From Dehalococcoidia bacterium (GTDB taxonomy: Bacteria > Chloroflexota > Dehalococcoidia > Tepidiformales > Tepidiformaceae), in contig JAJEIT010000060.1 of NCBI GenBank assembly GCA_022827945.1, forward strand, positions 34,184-98,183: a stretch of 64,000 nucleotides of DNA. The letters are read 5' to 3'. How positions within the stretch are numbered: the first letter of the stretch is position 1; each line of letters starts with the position of its first letter. The notes below the pieces were generated by a model. That model worked only from the letters and a program-made list of their open reading frames with translations, did no database searches and was not told where the DNA came from. Positions 51,309 through 60,120 of the stretch are shown here, in pieces. Made by a program: the position numbers and the translations under genes.

Positions 51309-52663
51309 GGCCGGAGAGGGGTGAAGGTGAGGGGGAGCGACTCGAGGCCGCGGACGACGTACCAGGCGGGCCAGCGCGGCTCGAACTTCCCGGTGTCGAT
51401 GCGGATGTCGCCCATGCGGGCGAGCAGCGTCTCGAAGGCGAGGCGGCCCTCAAGCCGCGCAAGGGGCTGACCGGGGCAGAAGTGGGGCCCGTGGCCGAAG
51501 GCGACACTGTGGCGGGCGTTCTCGCGGTGCGGGTCGAAGGTCGCGGGCTCTTCGAAGCGCTCGGGGTCGCGATTGGCGGCGGCGTAGACGAGCCAGACGA
51601 CGGAACCGGCGGGAATCTCGACGCCATCGACGACGGCGTCACGCTTCGCGTAGCGGAAGAGGCCCTGCACGGGCGAGGCGAAGCGGAGCACCTCGTCGAT
51701 GAAGGCGGGGATTTCGGCGGGCTCGGCGCGAAGGCGGTCCTGAAGCTCCGGCTGCTCGGCGAGGAGCTGCATGGCGTTCGTGAGCAGGTCGGTGGTGGTG
51801 CCGTTGCCCGCGCCGTAGACCACGCTGGAGACCTCGACGAGCTCCTCGAGCTCGGGAAGGGTGCCGTCGCGGAAGCGGGCGGTGGCGATCTGGGTGAGGA
51901 TGTCGCTCTGGGGATGGGCTCGGCGGTCGCGCATGTAGTCGAGGAACTGGCGGTCGTTGGGCGTGAGGGAGTCGAGGGGGTCGGAATCCGGGTCGCGCTC
52001 GTTGCGGATGCGGTCGCGCATCTCGCTGTTGTCGCTCTGGTCGGGGCGGGAGGTGACGCCGGCGGCGCTGCGGGCGCGGAACTGCTCCCGCAGGCGGTCC
52101 TGCTCCTCGCGGGGGATGCCGAACAGCTCGGTGATGACGAAGAAGGGGTAGAGCGAGGAGAACCTGGAGACGAACTCGACCTCGCCGTGGGAGGCGAACT
52201 CGTCCGCCATCTCCTCGGCCATCTCTCGCAGGCGGGGCTCGATCTCCTGCTGGCGGGAGGCGGTAAAGAGGCGGTTGGCGACTGAGCGGAGGTCGGTGTG
52301 GCGGGGGGGATCGGCGGTCAGGACGGGGATGAAGCCGAAGGGGGTCTCCTCGCGCCACGTCTCGAGCTCGTCGCTCACATCGGCTTCGCCGAAGGGGCAG
52401 CCCTCGGGGCGCCGGGGGAGCACGTCGACGGCCCAGGGGCCGTAGGCGGAGACGGCCGCCGAGAAGTCGTCGGTGCGCTGCGAGATCTCGAGGATGTCGG
52501 CGTAGCGGGTCACGACGAAGACGCCGTAGTGGGGCTCGCGCACGATGGGGCCGCGCTCGCGGGCAGCCTCGTAGAAGGGGTGGGGGTCGGCGAGCACCTG
52601 CGGGTCGGCATCGAAGAGGCGGGCACCGTCGAAGTCGGGGAGGGGGCTGCCGGCGGGGGTCAT
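51305..52663 (-). CDS. Cytochrome P450, copy 2
   Basis: The track ORF extends to 52696. ATG at 52663 lies 6 nt downstream of TACAAT. ExxR EVLRFASP and heme loop FGHGPHFCPGQPLARLE. Confidence 0.9.
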   Translation of the reverse strand: MTPAGSPLPDFDGARLFDADPQVLADPHPFYEAARERGPIVREPHYGVFVVTRYADILEISQRTDDFSAAVSAYGPWAVDVLPRRPEGCPFGEADVSDELETWREETPFGFIPVLTADPPRHTDLRSVANRLFTASRQQEIEPRLREMAEEMADEFASHGEVEFVSRFSSLYPFFVITELFGIPREEQDRLREQFRARSAAGVTSRPDQSDNSEMRDRIRNERDPDSDPLDSLTPNDRQFLDYMRDRRAHPQSDILTQIATARFRDGTLPELEELVEVSSVVYGAGNGTTTDLLTNAMQLLAEQPELQDRLRAEPAEIPAFIDEVLRFASPVQGLFRYAKRDAVVDGVEIPAGSVVWLVYAAANRDPERFEEPATFDPHRENARHSVAFGHGPHFCPGQPLARLEGRLAFETLLARMGDIRIDTGKFEPRWPAWYVVRGLESLPLTFTPLRP

Positions 52664-52669
52664 GTGGCG

Positions 52670-52697
52670 ATTGTAGCGGGGCGGGCCTGCTGGCAAA
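52670..52697 (-). promoter_or_regulatory. Sigma70-type promoter of P450 copy 2, leaderless configuration
   Basis: The minus strand reads TTTGCC, 16 nt, TACAAT, 6 nt (cgccac), then ATG. Confidence 0.5.
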
Positions 52698-52757
52698 GCG
52701 TGGACGCATCACTCAGAATCGGCGGGCTCACTCGAAACGAAGCAAGGGGGTCGTGTC

Positions 52758-53537
52758 ATGCAACTCGAAGGACAGGTGGCGGTCGTCACAGGCGGGGCCG
52801 AGGGGATCGGGCGGGGGTTCGCGGTGGCCTTCGCCGAACAGGGGGCGAACGTGGCCTCGCTCGACATCGACTCGCTCAGCAACCAGGAGACGATCCGGCA
52901 GGTGCGGGCGACGGGGCAGGACGGGCTCGCGGTCGACTGTGACGTAGCCGACAAGGCGCAGGTGCGGCGGGCGATGAACAGCGTCGTGCAGCGCTTCGGA
53001 CGAATCGACATCCTCGTGAACAACGCAGCCGTCTGGGTGGACACGGCGCTGACGTCGGGCACCTTCGAGTCGCAGGCGAAGGGGTTCGAGGACTCGATGG
53101 ACATCTGCGCGCTGGGCAGCTACTACTGCGCGCTGGCAGCCGTGCCGTCGATGCGGGAGCAGGGCGGCGGCAACATCCTGAACGTCATCACGGAGCACGT
53201 GCACGAGGGGCACCTGATCACGGGCCTCGCGGCGGCGACCGGCTACGACGCCGCGAAGTTCGCGCAGGCGCGGCTGACGGAGACGTGGGCGGTCGAGCTG
53301 AAGCCGCACAACATCCGCGTGAACGCCCTCTGCATGGGCGCAACGGACTCGCCCATGTTCCGGGCCACGCACGACAGCCCGGCCGAGATCATGCCCGCCG
53401 ACATCGCACAGGGAGCGCTGAACGTGCTCGCGCACGGGCCGGATGGCCCGACGGGCGAGCTGCTCCTGTTCGCCGCATCAGGCACCCCGCGCGAGCAGGC
53501 GCTTCGCGAGATCGCCGCCCTCGCGCCCGGCGGCTAG
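52758..53537 (+). CDS. SDR family oxidoreductase
   Basis: 259 aa. AGGGGG SD. VTGGAEGIGRG, NNAAV, and YDAAKFA (YxxxK). Confidence 0.85.
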   Translation: MQLEGQVAVVTGGAEGIGRGFAVAFAEQGANVASLDIDSLSNQETIRQVRATGQDGLAVDCDVADKAQVRRAMNSVVQRFGRIDILVNNAAVWVDTALTSGTFESQAKGFEDSMDICALGSYYCALAAVPSMREQGGGNILNVITEHVHEGHLITGLAAATGYDAAKFAQARLTETWAVELKPHNIRVNALCMGATDSPMFRATHDSPAEIMPADIAQGALNVLAHGPDGPTGELLLFAASGTPREQALREIAALAPGG

Positions 53538-53546
53538 GAGCACACG

Positions 53547-54371
53547 ATGGGCGAGACGCAGGCGCACCACGGCGTCACGGTCAGCAACCTGGAGGCAATG
53601 ACGGCTGCGGTGGCGGCGATCGGTTTCACGGCCATCGAGGGGGACGCGAGCGAGCCGAGGAACTACCGCAACGAGCCGGGCGACGCCATCGGCCAGATGA
53701 TCGCGCCGACGCTCGGTGACGAAATCCGGACGTGGTTCATCGAGAACCCGGCCACCAGGCAGCAGATCGATCTGGTCGAGCTGACAGCGGACGCCACGCG
53801 GCTCGAGCGGCCCGGCGACGGCCCGGCGCAGGGCGACCTCACGATCGGAATCTCGACGGACGACCCGGAAGGGTCATACCAGGCGATGCGGGAAGCGGCG
53901 CCGGAGCTGACGTGGTCGGAGGCGGCGCCGTGCCCGGAGGAGGACGGCGTGTCCTTCACGGTCGACAGCCAGCGGTACGTGCTCACGCGGGGCGAGCCGT
54001 TCGTGTACGTGCACTACGCGCGGAGCGGGTTCTCGACCGCGTGGCGGTTCTTCAAGAACGTGCTCGGTTACCGGATCAAATCGCTCTCGACGCAGGGGAC
54101 GGGGGACGAGCGCTGGGCGCTCGAGGGCGGCGGCGGACGGGTTGAGCTGGTGATCGAGGAGGGCACGCCGGTGGCGCCGGCCGACGCAGGCAAGCGCTAC
54201 CTCGGCTCGAACCACTTCCGGCTGCTGCACGCGGACCTGGAGGCGGTCGCGGAGCGGGTGGAATCGAGCGGGCTGGGCACCTGGTTCTTCCCCCCGAACG
54301 AGGCGGGCTTCTCGCAGATCATCGGGCCGACGGGCGAGTTCATCGAGCTGTACGACCGCTCGACCTCCTGA
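53547..54371 (+). CDS. Two-module VOC-like (glyoxalase/dioxygenase fold) protein, tentative
   Basis: 274 aa. The AGGAG SD overlaps the SDR stop. The N-terminus HHGVTVSNLEAMTAAVAAIGF and a second module with NHFRLLHADLEAVAERVE resemble paired beta-alpha-beta-beta-beta modules. Assigned by eye only. Confidence 0.5.
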   Translation: MGETQAHHGVTVSNLEAMTAAVAAIGFTAIEGDASEPRNYRNEPGDAIGQMIAPTLGDEIRTWFIENPATRQQIDLVELTADATRLERPGDGPAQGDLTIGISTDDPEGSYQAMREAAPELTWSEAAPCPEEDGVSFTVDSQRYVLTRGEPFVYVHYARSGFSTAWRFFKNVLGYRIKSLSTQGTGDERWALEGGGGRVELVIEEGTPVAPADAGKRYLGSNHFRLLHADLEAVAERVESSGLGTWFFPPNEAGFSQIIGPTGEFIELYDRSTS

Positions 54372-54466
54372 TCCAGGAAGACCCTCCAGCAGGCGGCCGC
54401 GTCCGGCTCGTTGACGCGGTTATGACAGGTGGCTATGTTCGCGACAACCCAACAGGAGGGGTTCCA

Positions 54467-55126
54467 ATGCTCTCAGCCAGGAAACGCGGGAAGGCCATTT
54501 CGAGGCGGCAGCTCATGGTGGGCGGCGCCACGCTGGCGGCAGGTGGAGCGGCGCTCTTCGCCTCAGCCGGCACCAGCAAGGCGGCGTCGGCCTCCTCTAT
54601 CGACGAGGTCGTCGCAAAGGCGCAGATCTCAGAGCTGCGCCGCATGTACGGGAGGGCGACGGACCTCCTCGGCGCGGGAAAGGACCACGACCACTTCGGC
54701 GAGGACGGAACGCTGTCCACCGAGATCAAGCACTACATCGCCCGCAACATCTACCGGCGCATCTTCACCGAAGACGCGACCATCTCGGCCTCCGGCGGTG
54801 CGCTGACCGGCGTGGGGCCGGACGACTGGGCCGACAAGGTCGCGGCCGCACTCGGCGCGTTCTCCGCAACCCAGCACATGCTCGGCACCCAGCTGGTCGA
54901 AATCACCGCGCTGCCGGACGACGTGCGCGGCGGCGGCGGCGCGATCATGCAGAGCTACCTGAACGCCCTGCACGAGTTCTCGCCCGGCGGCAACATCGGC
55001 ATCTACCGGGGCACCTACTTCGACAAGGTGCGCTACACGCCGGAGGTCGGCTGGCAAATCTACGACATGAACCTCGTGCTTACGTCGTGGGAGACACGGG
55101 AGCACGGCGCGCAGGCAGAGGGCTAG
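54467..55126 (+). CDS. NTF2-fold (SnoaL_4-like) protein with a Tat signal peptide
   Basis: ATG at 54467 is preceded by AGGAGG and 7 nt. The Tat signal is SRRQLMVGGATLAAGGAALFASAG. The mature part contains AQISELRRMYGRATD and YFDKVRYTPEVGWQIYDM. Confidence 0.6.
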   Translation: MLSARKRGKAISRRQLMVGGATLAAGGAALFASAGTSKAASASSIDEVVAKAQISELRRMYGRATDLLGAGKDHDHFGEDGTLSTEIKHYIARNIYRRIFTEDATISASGGALTGVGPDDWADKVAAALGAFSATQHMLGTQLVEITALPDDVRGGGGAIMQSYLNALHEFSPGGNIGIYRGTYFDKVRYTPEVGWQIYDMNLVLTSWETREHGAQAEG

Positions 55127-55158
55127 ACACCCGGGCCCAGGCCCGACTTAGCGACAGC

Positions 55159-55190
55159 GGGGCGAGGGGCTGTCGATAGTCCCTCGCCCC
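55159..55190. terminator. Hairpin between convergent genes (putative bidirectional terminator)
   Basis: GGGGCGAGGG (55159..55168), 12-nt loop, CCCTCGCCCC (55181..55190). No clear U-tract. Confidence 0.45.
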
Positions 55191-55209
55191 CATGCGTCTT
55201 CGGCCCGAG

Positions 55210-55935
55210 TCAGCAGCCGAGCTGCGTGGCGAGGTCGTGGAAGTCGGTGGCGTTGAAGTCGAAGCGGTCCTCGAATTCGAGGTCGGTGGGGCGGCCCGCA
55301 GGCATCTCGTTCGGACGCGGGACGAAGGCCGTGTGCAGACCGCAGCCGGCCGCCGCGTCTAGGTCGGCCTTGTGGGCGGCGACCATCATCACCTGTTCCG
55401 GTTCAAGGGAGAGGGCGCGGGCGGCGGAGAGGTAGGTCTCCGGGTCGCTCTTGAAGTGACCGAGAAGATCGGCGCTGAGGAACCCGTCCCAGGGCAGACC
55501 GGAGTGTTTCGCCATGTTCACGAGCAGGGCGAAGTTTCCGTTCGAGAGGGTGGAGACGACGAAACGCTTGCGTAGCCGGCCCAGGCCGCCGACGGAGTCG
55601 GGCCATGGGTCGAGGCGGTGCCAGACGCGGTTCAACTCCGCGGCCTCAGCTTCGTCGAGGGGGTTTCCCAGCTCGGCCAGGATCTCGTCGAGCTTCTCCC
55701 GGTGGAGGGCGTCGGCGGTGGTGAAGGGGCGCTCGCCGCCGCGGATGGCGCCGATGCCACCCACGTAGCCCTCGAAGCGCCAGCGGGCGGCGAGGGCTTC
55801 CCAGTCCGCCTCAAGGCCCTTGCCTTCGCCGAGCGTGGCAGCGAGCTCGCGGGTGACGGTCGTGCGCCAGTCGACGACGGTGCCGAAGACGTCGAAGGTG
55901 AGGGCTCGGACATGGGAAAGGGCCACGTGTGTCAT
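55210..55935 (-). CDS. Haloacid dehalogenase type II (HAD superfamily)
   Basis: 241 aa. Nucleophile motif LTFDVFGTVVDW, then STLSNGN, and VAAHKADLDAAAGCG. Confidence 0.78.
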   Translation of the reverse strand: MTHVALSHVRALTFDVFGTVVDWRTTVTRELAATLGEGKGLEADWEALAARWRFEGYVGGIGAIRGGERPFTTADALHREKLDEILAELGNPLDEAEAAELNRVWHRLDPWPDSVGGLGRLRKRFVVSTLSNGNFALLVNMAKHSGLPWDGFLSADLLGHFKSDPETYLSAARALSLEPEQVMMVAAHKADLDAAAGCGLHTAFVPRPNEMPAGRPTDLEFEDRFDFNATDFHDLATQLGC

Positions 55936-55963
55936 AGGGCGATTCTGCCAGAAGCGGGCGGGG

Positions 55964-57280
55964 TCAGGAGGAGTCGGGCGGGGTCCAGGTCACGAGGGGG
56001 TTGCGGTCGCTGCCGAGGGTGACGAGGGGGCGGACGAAGATAAGCATGAGGATGAGCAGTCCGAAGGGGATGGCGCCCATGATGAGGAGCGCCAGGCGAT
56101 CACCAATGGCGTCGGCGAGGATCCCGGAATAGACCCAGTTGAGCTGCATGAACTGGAGCACCATGAAGTAGACGGCGAGGACGCGGCTGCGGAGCTCGGC
56201 GGGCACGCGGATCTGGAGGATGGTCATGATGGCCACCTGCCAGAAGGGCGAGCTGATGCCCATGAGGAACTCCACGCCGAGGCTCAAGGCGAACCACGGG
56301 GAGACCGCGAAGAGGATCATGCAGGCGCACCAGTCGAGGGGAGCCACGAGGAGGACAAGGCCCTTCAGCTTGAGGCGCTCACCGAGACCGATGACAACAA
56401 GCGAACCGGCAAAGTTCCCGAGACCGAACGCAGCCGTCAGCCAGGCGAAGCCGGACGGTCCGACCTCGAGAATGTCCTTGGCGAAGACAGGGCGGAGGAG
56501 AAGGATGGCGCCGGCGAAGAGGGTGATGAAGGTGGCGGGCATGAGCACCCAGACGAGGAGCGTGTCGCGGCGCAGGTGGCGGACGGTTTCGACGATGTCG
56601 GCCGTAAGCGAGAAGGCGGAGGCGGCCATGGCCTCCGTCCTCCCCTTGATGGGAATGGTGAGCATGAGCAGGGCGCCGACGACGAAGCCGACGCCACCGA
56701 TGAGGTACGTTGCCTGGGCGCCCACGAGAGCGAGCAGCGGGCCGCCAAGGGAAGGCCCGGCGAAGCTGAGGACGCCGGTCGACATCCCGATCAGGGCGAT
56801 CGCGGTGGGAAGGCGCTTCGGGCCCACCAGGTCGAAGACGTAGCTCTGCGTGGCCGGCTGGCTGAGGGCAAGAAAGCCGGCTTCCAGGCCGACGGCTACA
56901 AGCACGATCCACACCTCGGCGGCGCCGATGGCGACAATCACCGCCATGCCGATCGCGACGGCGGCAAGGCCGACGCGCCCGACGATGAGGAGATCCCGAC
57001 GGGACGTGCGGTCGGCGATGATGCCTCCCGCGGGCGAGAGGACGATGACGACGACGGCGTGGATGCCGCCCATCAGCCCGAGGATGGTGCGGGAGTCGGT
57101 GAGATCGACGAGGAGCCACTGGGCTCCCAGCAGCACAAGTCCCTGCGCGAAGAAGAGCAGGGCGTTGCTCCAGAAGTAGCGGGCAAACGCTCCGTCGCGG
57201 AGGGAGCCGCCGGCTGAGCGGAAGGTGTCGCCCAGGCCAAGGGGCTGCGCGGTATCGGGGGAGGCCGAGGTTTCAGCCAC
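55964..57280 (-). CDS. MFS transporter
   Basis: The track ORF extends to 57313, but that GTG overlaps a TATAGT box. GTG at 57280 is preceded by GGAGGA and 6 nt. About 12 hydrophobic segments, plus the loop motif ADRTSRRDLL. Confidence 0.82.
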   Translation of the reverse strand: MAETSASPDTAQPLGLGDTFRSAGGSLRDGAFARYFWSNALLFFAQGLVLLGAQWLLVDLTDSRTILGLMGGIHAVVVIVLSPAGGIIADRTSRRDLLIVGRVGLAAVAIGMAVIVAIGAAEVWIVLVAVGLEAGFLALSQPATQSYVFDLVGPKRLPTAIALIGMSTGVLSFAGPSLGGPLLALVGAQATYLIGGVGFVVGALLMLTIPIKGRTEAMAASAFSLTADIVETVRHLRRDTLLVWVLMPATFITLFAGAILLLRPVFAKDILEVGPSGFAWLTAAFGLGNFAGSLVVIGLGERLKLKGLVLLVAPLDWCACMILFAVSPWFALSLGVEFLMGISSPFWQVAIMTILQIRVPAELRSRVLAVYFMVLQFMQLNWVYSGILADAIGDRLALLIMGAIPFGLLILMLIFVRPLVTLGSDRNPLVTWTPPDSS

Positions 57281-57414
57281 CAGCGCTCCTCCGGCCCCTC
57301 GGGGCGGGGTCACTATAGGGGAGTGCGGGGGCGGGGGCGGGTGTGGGCGGGTATCATCGCCAGCCGCCGGAGGGCGGTCGCGCCCTCCACGAACAGACCA
57401 GCGAGGTGACGGAG

Positions 57415-58011
57415 ATGCCAGAGCCAGAGGTAATGAAGGACCACGAGGTCGTTTCGATCTTCCCGTTCAGCGAGGCGGAGATCGACGAGCTGCTGACCGA
57501 TGCGCGGGAGTGCGTACTGATGTGGGGCACGCAGGATGGCTGGCCCGTGGGCGTCCTGCACCAGTTCTTCTGGAAGGACGGGAAGTTCTGGATCACCTGC
57601 ACGGCGAACCGGCACCGCGTGGCGGCGATCAAGCGCGACCCGCGCGTTTCGGTATCGGTGAGCGCGATGGTGGCGTTCAACTTCGAGCAGCGTGGGGCGG
57701 TGACGGCCAAGGGTCGGGCGATCGTGCGCGAGGACCGGGAGACGAAGGACTGGTTCTACCCCGCGCTGGCGGGGAAGGCGCTGGGGGACGACGCGGCGGC
57801 GGTCGAGGCTTTCGTCGAGCGGCTGGATTCGCCCCTGCGGATCGTGATCGAGGTGACCCCGGAGAAGTGGATCACGTTCAACGGGACGAAGGCGGACCGG
57901 ATGGTGCGGGGCGAGCTGCCGCGCGAGGAGATGGGCCCGCGGCTGAGCTCGGACGTGGCGCGCATGCGCAAGGCGCGCGAGGAGCGGGGTCTGGACCCGG
58001 ACGCGAGGTAG
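57415..58011 (+). CDS. Pyridoxamine 5'-phosphate oxidase-like (FMN/F420-binding split-barrel) family protein
   Basis: ATG at 57415 is preceded by GAGGTGA and 5 nt. Blocks ECVLMWGTQDGWPVGVLHQFFWKDGKFWITCTANRHRVAAIKRDPRVSVSV. Confidence 0.62.
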   Translation: MPEPEVMKDHEVVSIFPFSEAEIDELLTDARECVLMWGTQDGWPVGVLHQFFWKDGKFWITCTANRHRVAAIKRDPRVSVSVSAMVAFNFEQRGAVTAKGRAIVREDRETKDWFYPALAGKALGDDAAAVEAFVERLDSPLRIVIEVTPEKWITFNGTKADRMVRGELPREEMGPRLSSDVARMRKAREERGLDPDAR

Positions 58012-58015
58012 AGCC

Positions 58016-58501
58016 GTGGCCATCGACCCGATGACGGCGGGCCTCTCGCTGACCTCGTACGAGAACCTGTACCACATGGGCATTGTCGTGCCCGAGCTGG
58101 CTCCGGCGATGGACGAGATGAGCGAGCAGCTGGGGTTCACGTGGGCGCCGCCAAGAGCGTTCCCGGTGAACGTTCACGAGGGCGGTGAGTTGCGGTCGTA
58201 CGACGTGCTCGCGACGTACTCGGTGGCGGGACCGCCCTATTTCGAGCTGATCGAGGCGATCGGGGAGGGCGTGTGGAGCCCGGCGATGGCGGGAGGGCTG
58301 CACCACATCGGTGTGCTGGCGGCCGACCCGCTGGCGGAGATCGCGCGGCTGGAGGAGGCGGGATACGAGATCGAAGTGCAGGCGGTCTCGCCGGAGGGCG
58401 TCGTGACCGGACCCACCTACCTGCTCAACCGCTTCGGCGTGCGGGTCGAGGTCAACGGGGAGGCGGCGCGGGACATGGTATTGGGGTGGATAGCCTCCTG
58501 A
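58016..58501 (+). CDS. VOC (glyoxalase-fold) family protein
   Basis: 161 aa. GTG is preceded by GAGG, which overlaps the upstream stop. Has LYHMGIVVPEL, YFELIEA, LHHIGVLAADP. Confidence 0.75.
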   Translation: MAIDPMTAGLSLTSYENLYHMGIVVPELAPAMDEMSEQLGFTWAPPRAFPVNVHEGGELRSYDVLATYSVAGPPYFELIEAIGEGVWSPAMAGGLHHIGVLAADPLAEIARLEEAGYEIEVQAVSPEGVVTGPTYLLNRFGVRVEVNGEAARDMVLGWIAS

Positions 58502-58520
58502 CGGGGCTTGTCTGGCAGCT

Positions 58521-59102
58521 CTAGTCGTCGAGGGGTGGGAAGGCCTGGATCCACTCCTCCATGCCCTCGAGGGGGCCGCCTCGGTAGATGACGTCGTGGA
58601 CGAAGGGGCCGAGGAGCTCGATCGTCGTGCCGCCCTCCTTGATGTCGAGGTAGCTGAGGCCGTTCGCGGGAACGGCTTCCATGAGTTCTTCGTACGGTGA
58701 GGCCACGGTGAGCTGGGCGGCGGCGCGGGCAGCTTCGGGATCGTGGTCCTCCTGGGAATAGACCCAGGTGAGGCGGGCGCCCTTGGCGATCATGTCGGCG
58801 GTCGCCTTCTTCACGTCGGGAACCCAGATACCGAGGTGCTGGATGCCCTCGCCATGCTCGCGGAGGAAGGTGGCGTGGGGAGTCTCGCCTTCGAAGGGCT
58901 CGATGATCTCGATGGCGATGCCGGCGAAGGCGCCGTAGTAGACCTTGAGCTTGGCGGGTCGGTTGTAGATGTCCTGGAGCTCGTAGATGGGCTGGAGCTT
59001 GAACTTGGCGCCGAGCATCTGCTCGTAGCGGGCGGCGGTGACGTCGGCGTCGTAGACGGCCCAGCCGAGGTGGTGGGCGATGGGTTCGTTGAAGGCGGTC
59101 AT
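58521..59102 (-). CDS. VOC family protein (methylmalonyl-CoA epimerase-like fold)
   Basis: The track ORF extends to 59657. ATG at 59102 is preceded by GAGGAGAAG. Has HHLGWAVYD, IEIIEPFEG and IQHLGIWVPDV. Confidence 0.78.
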   Translation of the reverse strand: MTAFNEPIAHHLGWAVYDADVTAARYEQMLGAKFKLQPIYELQDIYNRPAKLKVYYGAFAGIAIEIIEPFEGETPHATFLREHGEGIQHLGIWVPDVKKATADMIAKGARLTWVYSQEDHDPEAARAAAQLTVASPYEELMEAVPANGLSYLDIKEGGTTIELLGPFVHDVIYRGGPLEGMEEWIQAFPPLDD

Positions 59103-59164
59103 GGGGCTTCTCCTCGTCGTTGCGTCGCGGCGAGGATGATAGCGACACTGGAGGGCCGCAGGGG

Positions 59165-59989
59165 TCAGAGGGCGTCGTCGAGGAAGGCGATGATCTCGCG
59201 CGCAAGCTCCTCGGGGTGGTTCTGCCAGTAGTCGCGCTCGGGGCCAACGTGGAGGCGGCAGTCGGGGACGTGCTCGGCCAATAGGTTGGCGGAGCGGAGG
59301 GGGTGGAGGGCGTCGTCGGGGTGGGCGAAGACGGCGACGGGGGCCTTGATGGCGGCGTACTCGGCGGCCTCGCGGGGGGTGTGCTCGTGGAGGCCGCGGA
59401 TGATGGGGACGATGGTGCGGGGGTTCTGGGAGCGCAGGATCTCGGCGCCACGGGGGCCGGCAGCGGCGGTGAAGGCGGGCATGTTGGCGGCCATATCGGC
59501 GGTGCCGGAGAGGCCGAAGGACTCGACGGCGCCGGCGAGGGTGGCGAGCATCTGGAGGGCCTGGGTCTCGGACTCCTCGCGCTGCTCGCGGGGGCCGAGG
59601 GGCGGGGGCGCGATGAGCACGAGTGCGCGCACCGCCTCGGGGCGCTCGAGGGCGCACCAGAGGGCGGCGGACGCGCTCATGGAAGCGCCGCCGAGGATGG
59701 GGCGCTCCTCCCCCGCGTGAGCGGCAAGGGCGAGCATCTCCTCGCCGAGCTTCCCCCAGGAGTAGCCCTCGGGGTCCTCCGGCCCCTCGGACTCCCCGTG
59801 GCCGCGGGCGTCGTAGAGGAGGACGCGGTAGCGTCCGGCGAGCACATCGAGGGCTTCGGGGCGGTCGGCGTACTGGTCGAGGGAGGCGAAGATACCGTGG
59901 CCGATGACGGCGAGGGGAGCGTCGTCGGCGCCGTAGAGGCGGTAGCGAAGCTCAAGGCCGTCGATCTCGGTGAACTGGTCGGTGGTCAT
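59165..59989 (-). CDS. Alpha/beta hydrolase
   Basis: The track ORF extends to 60061. ATG at 59989 gives MTTDQFTEIDGLELRYRLYGADDAPLAVIGHGIF. The nucleophile region is GGASMSASAAL. 274 aa. Confidence 0.78.
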   Translation of the reverse strand: MTTDQFTEIDGLELRYRLYGADDAPLAVIGHGIFASLDQYADRPEALDVLAGRYRVLLYDARGHGESEGPEDPEGYSWGKLGEEMLALAAHAGEERPILGGASMSASAALWCALERPEAVRALVLIAPPPLGPREQREESETQALQMLATLAGAVESFGLSGTADMAANMPAFTAAAGPRGAEILRSQNPRTIVPIIRGLHEHTPREAAEYAAIKAPVAVFAHPDDALHPLRSANLLAEHVPDCRLHVGPERDYWQNHPEELAREIIAFLDDAL

Positions 59990-60016
59990 GCGTGTGCCGC
60001 CGTTCGCGGTGAGTGC

Positions 60017-60052
60017 GGGCGGTTTGACAACCGCCCGCCGCGCTCGGAGCAT
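60017..60052 (+). promoter_or_regulatory. Putative promoter with overlapping 20-bp palindrome (operator-like) in a divergent intergenic region
   Basis: Consensus -35 TTGACA (60024..60029), 17 nt, GAGCAT (60047..60052). The perfect palindrome GGGCGGTT-tgac-AACCGCCC (60017..60036) overlaps the -35. Confidence 0.4.
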
Positions 60053-60120
60053 GATCGCCATCCGAACCGGGGGCTGGCAACCTGCTGCAGCAACAGGCTG
60101 AAGCCCTTGGGGGCGACTCG

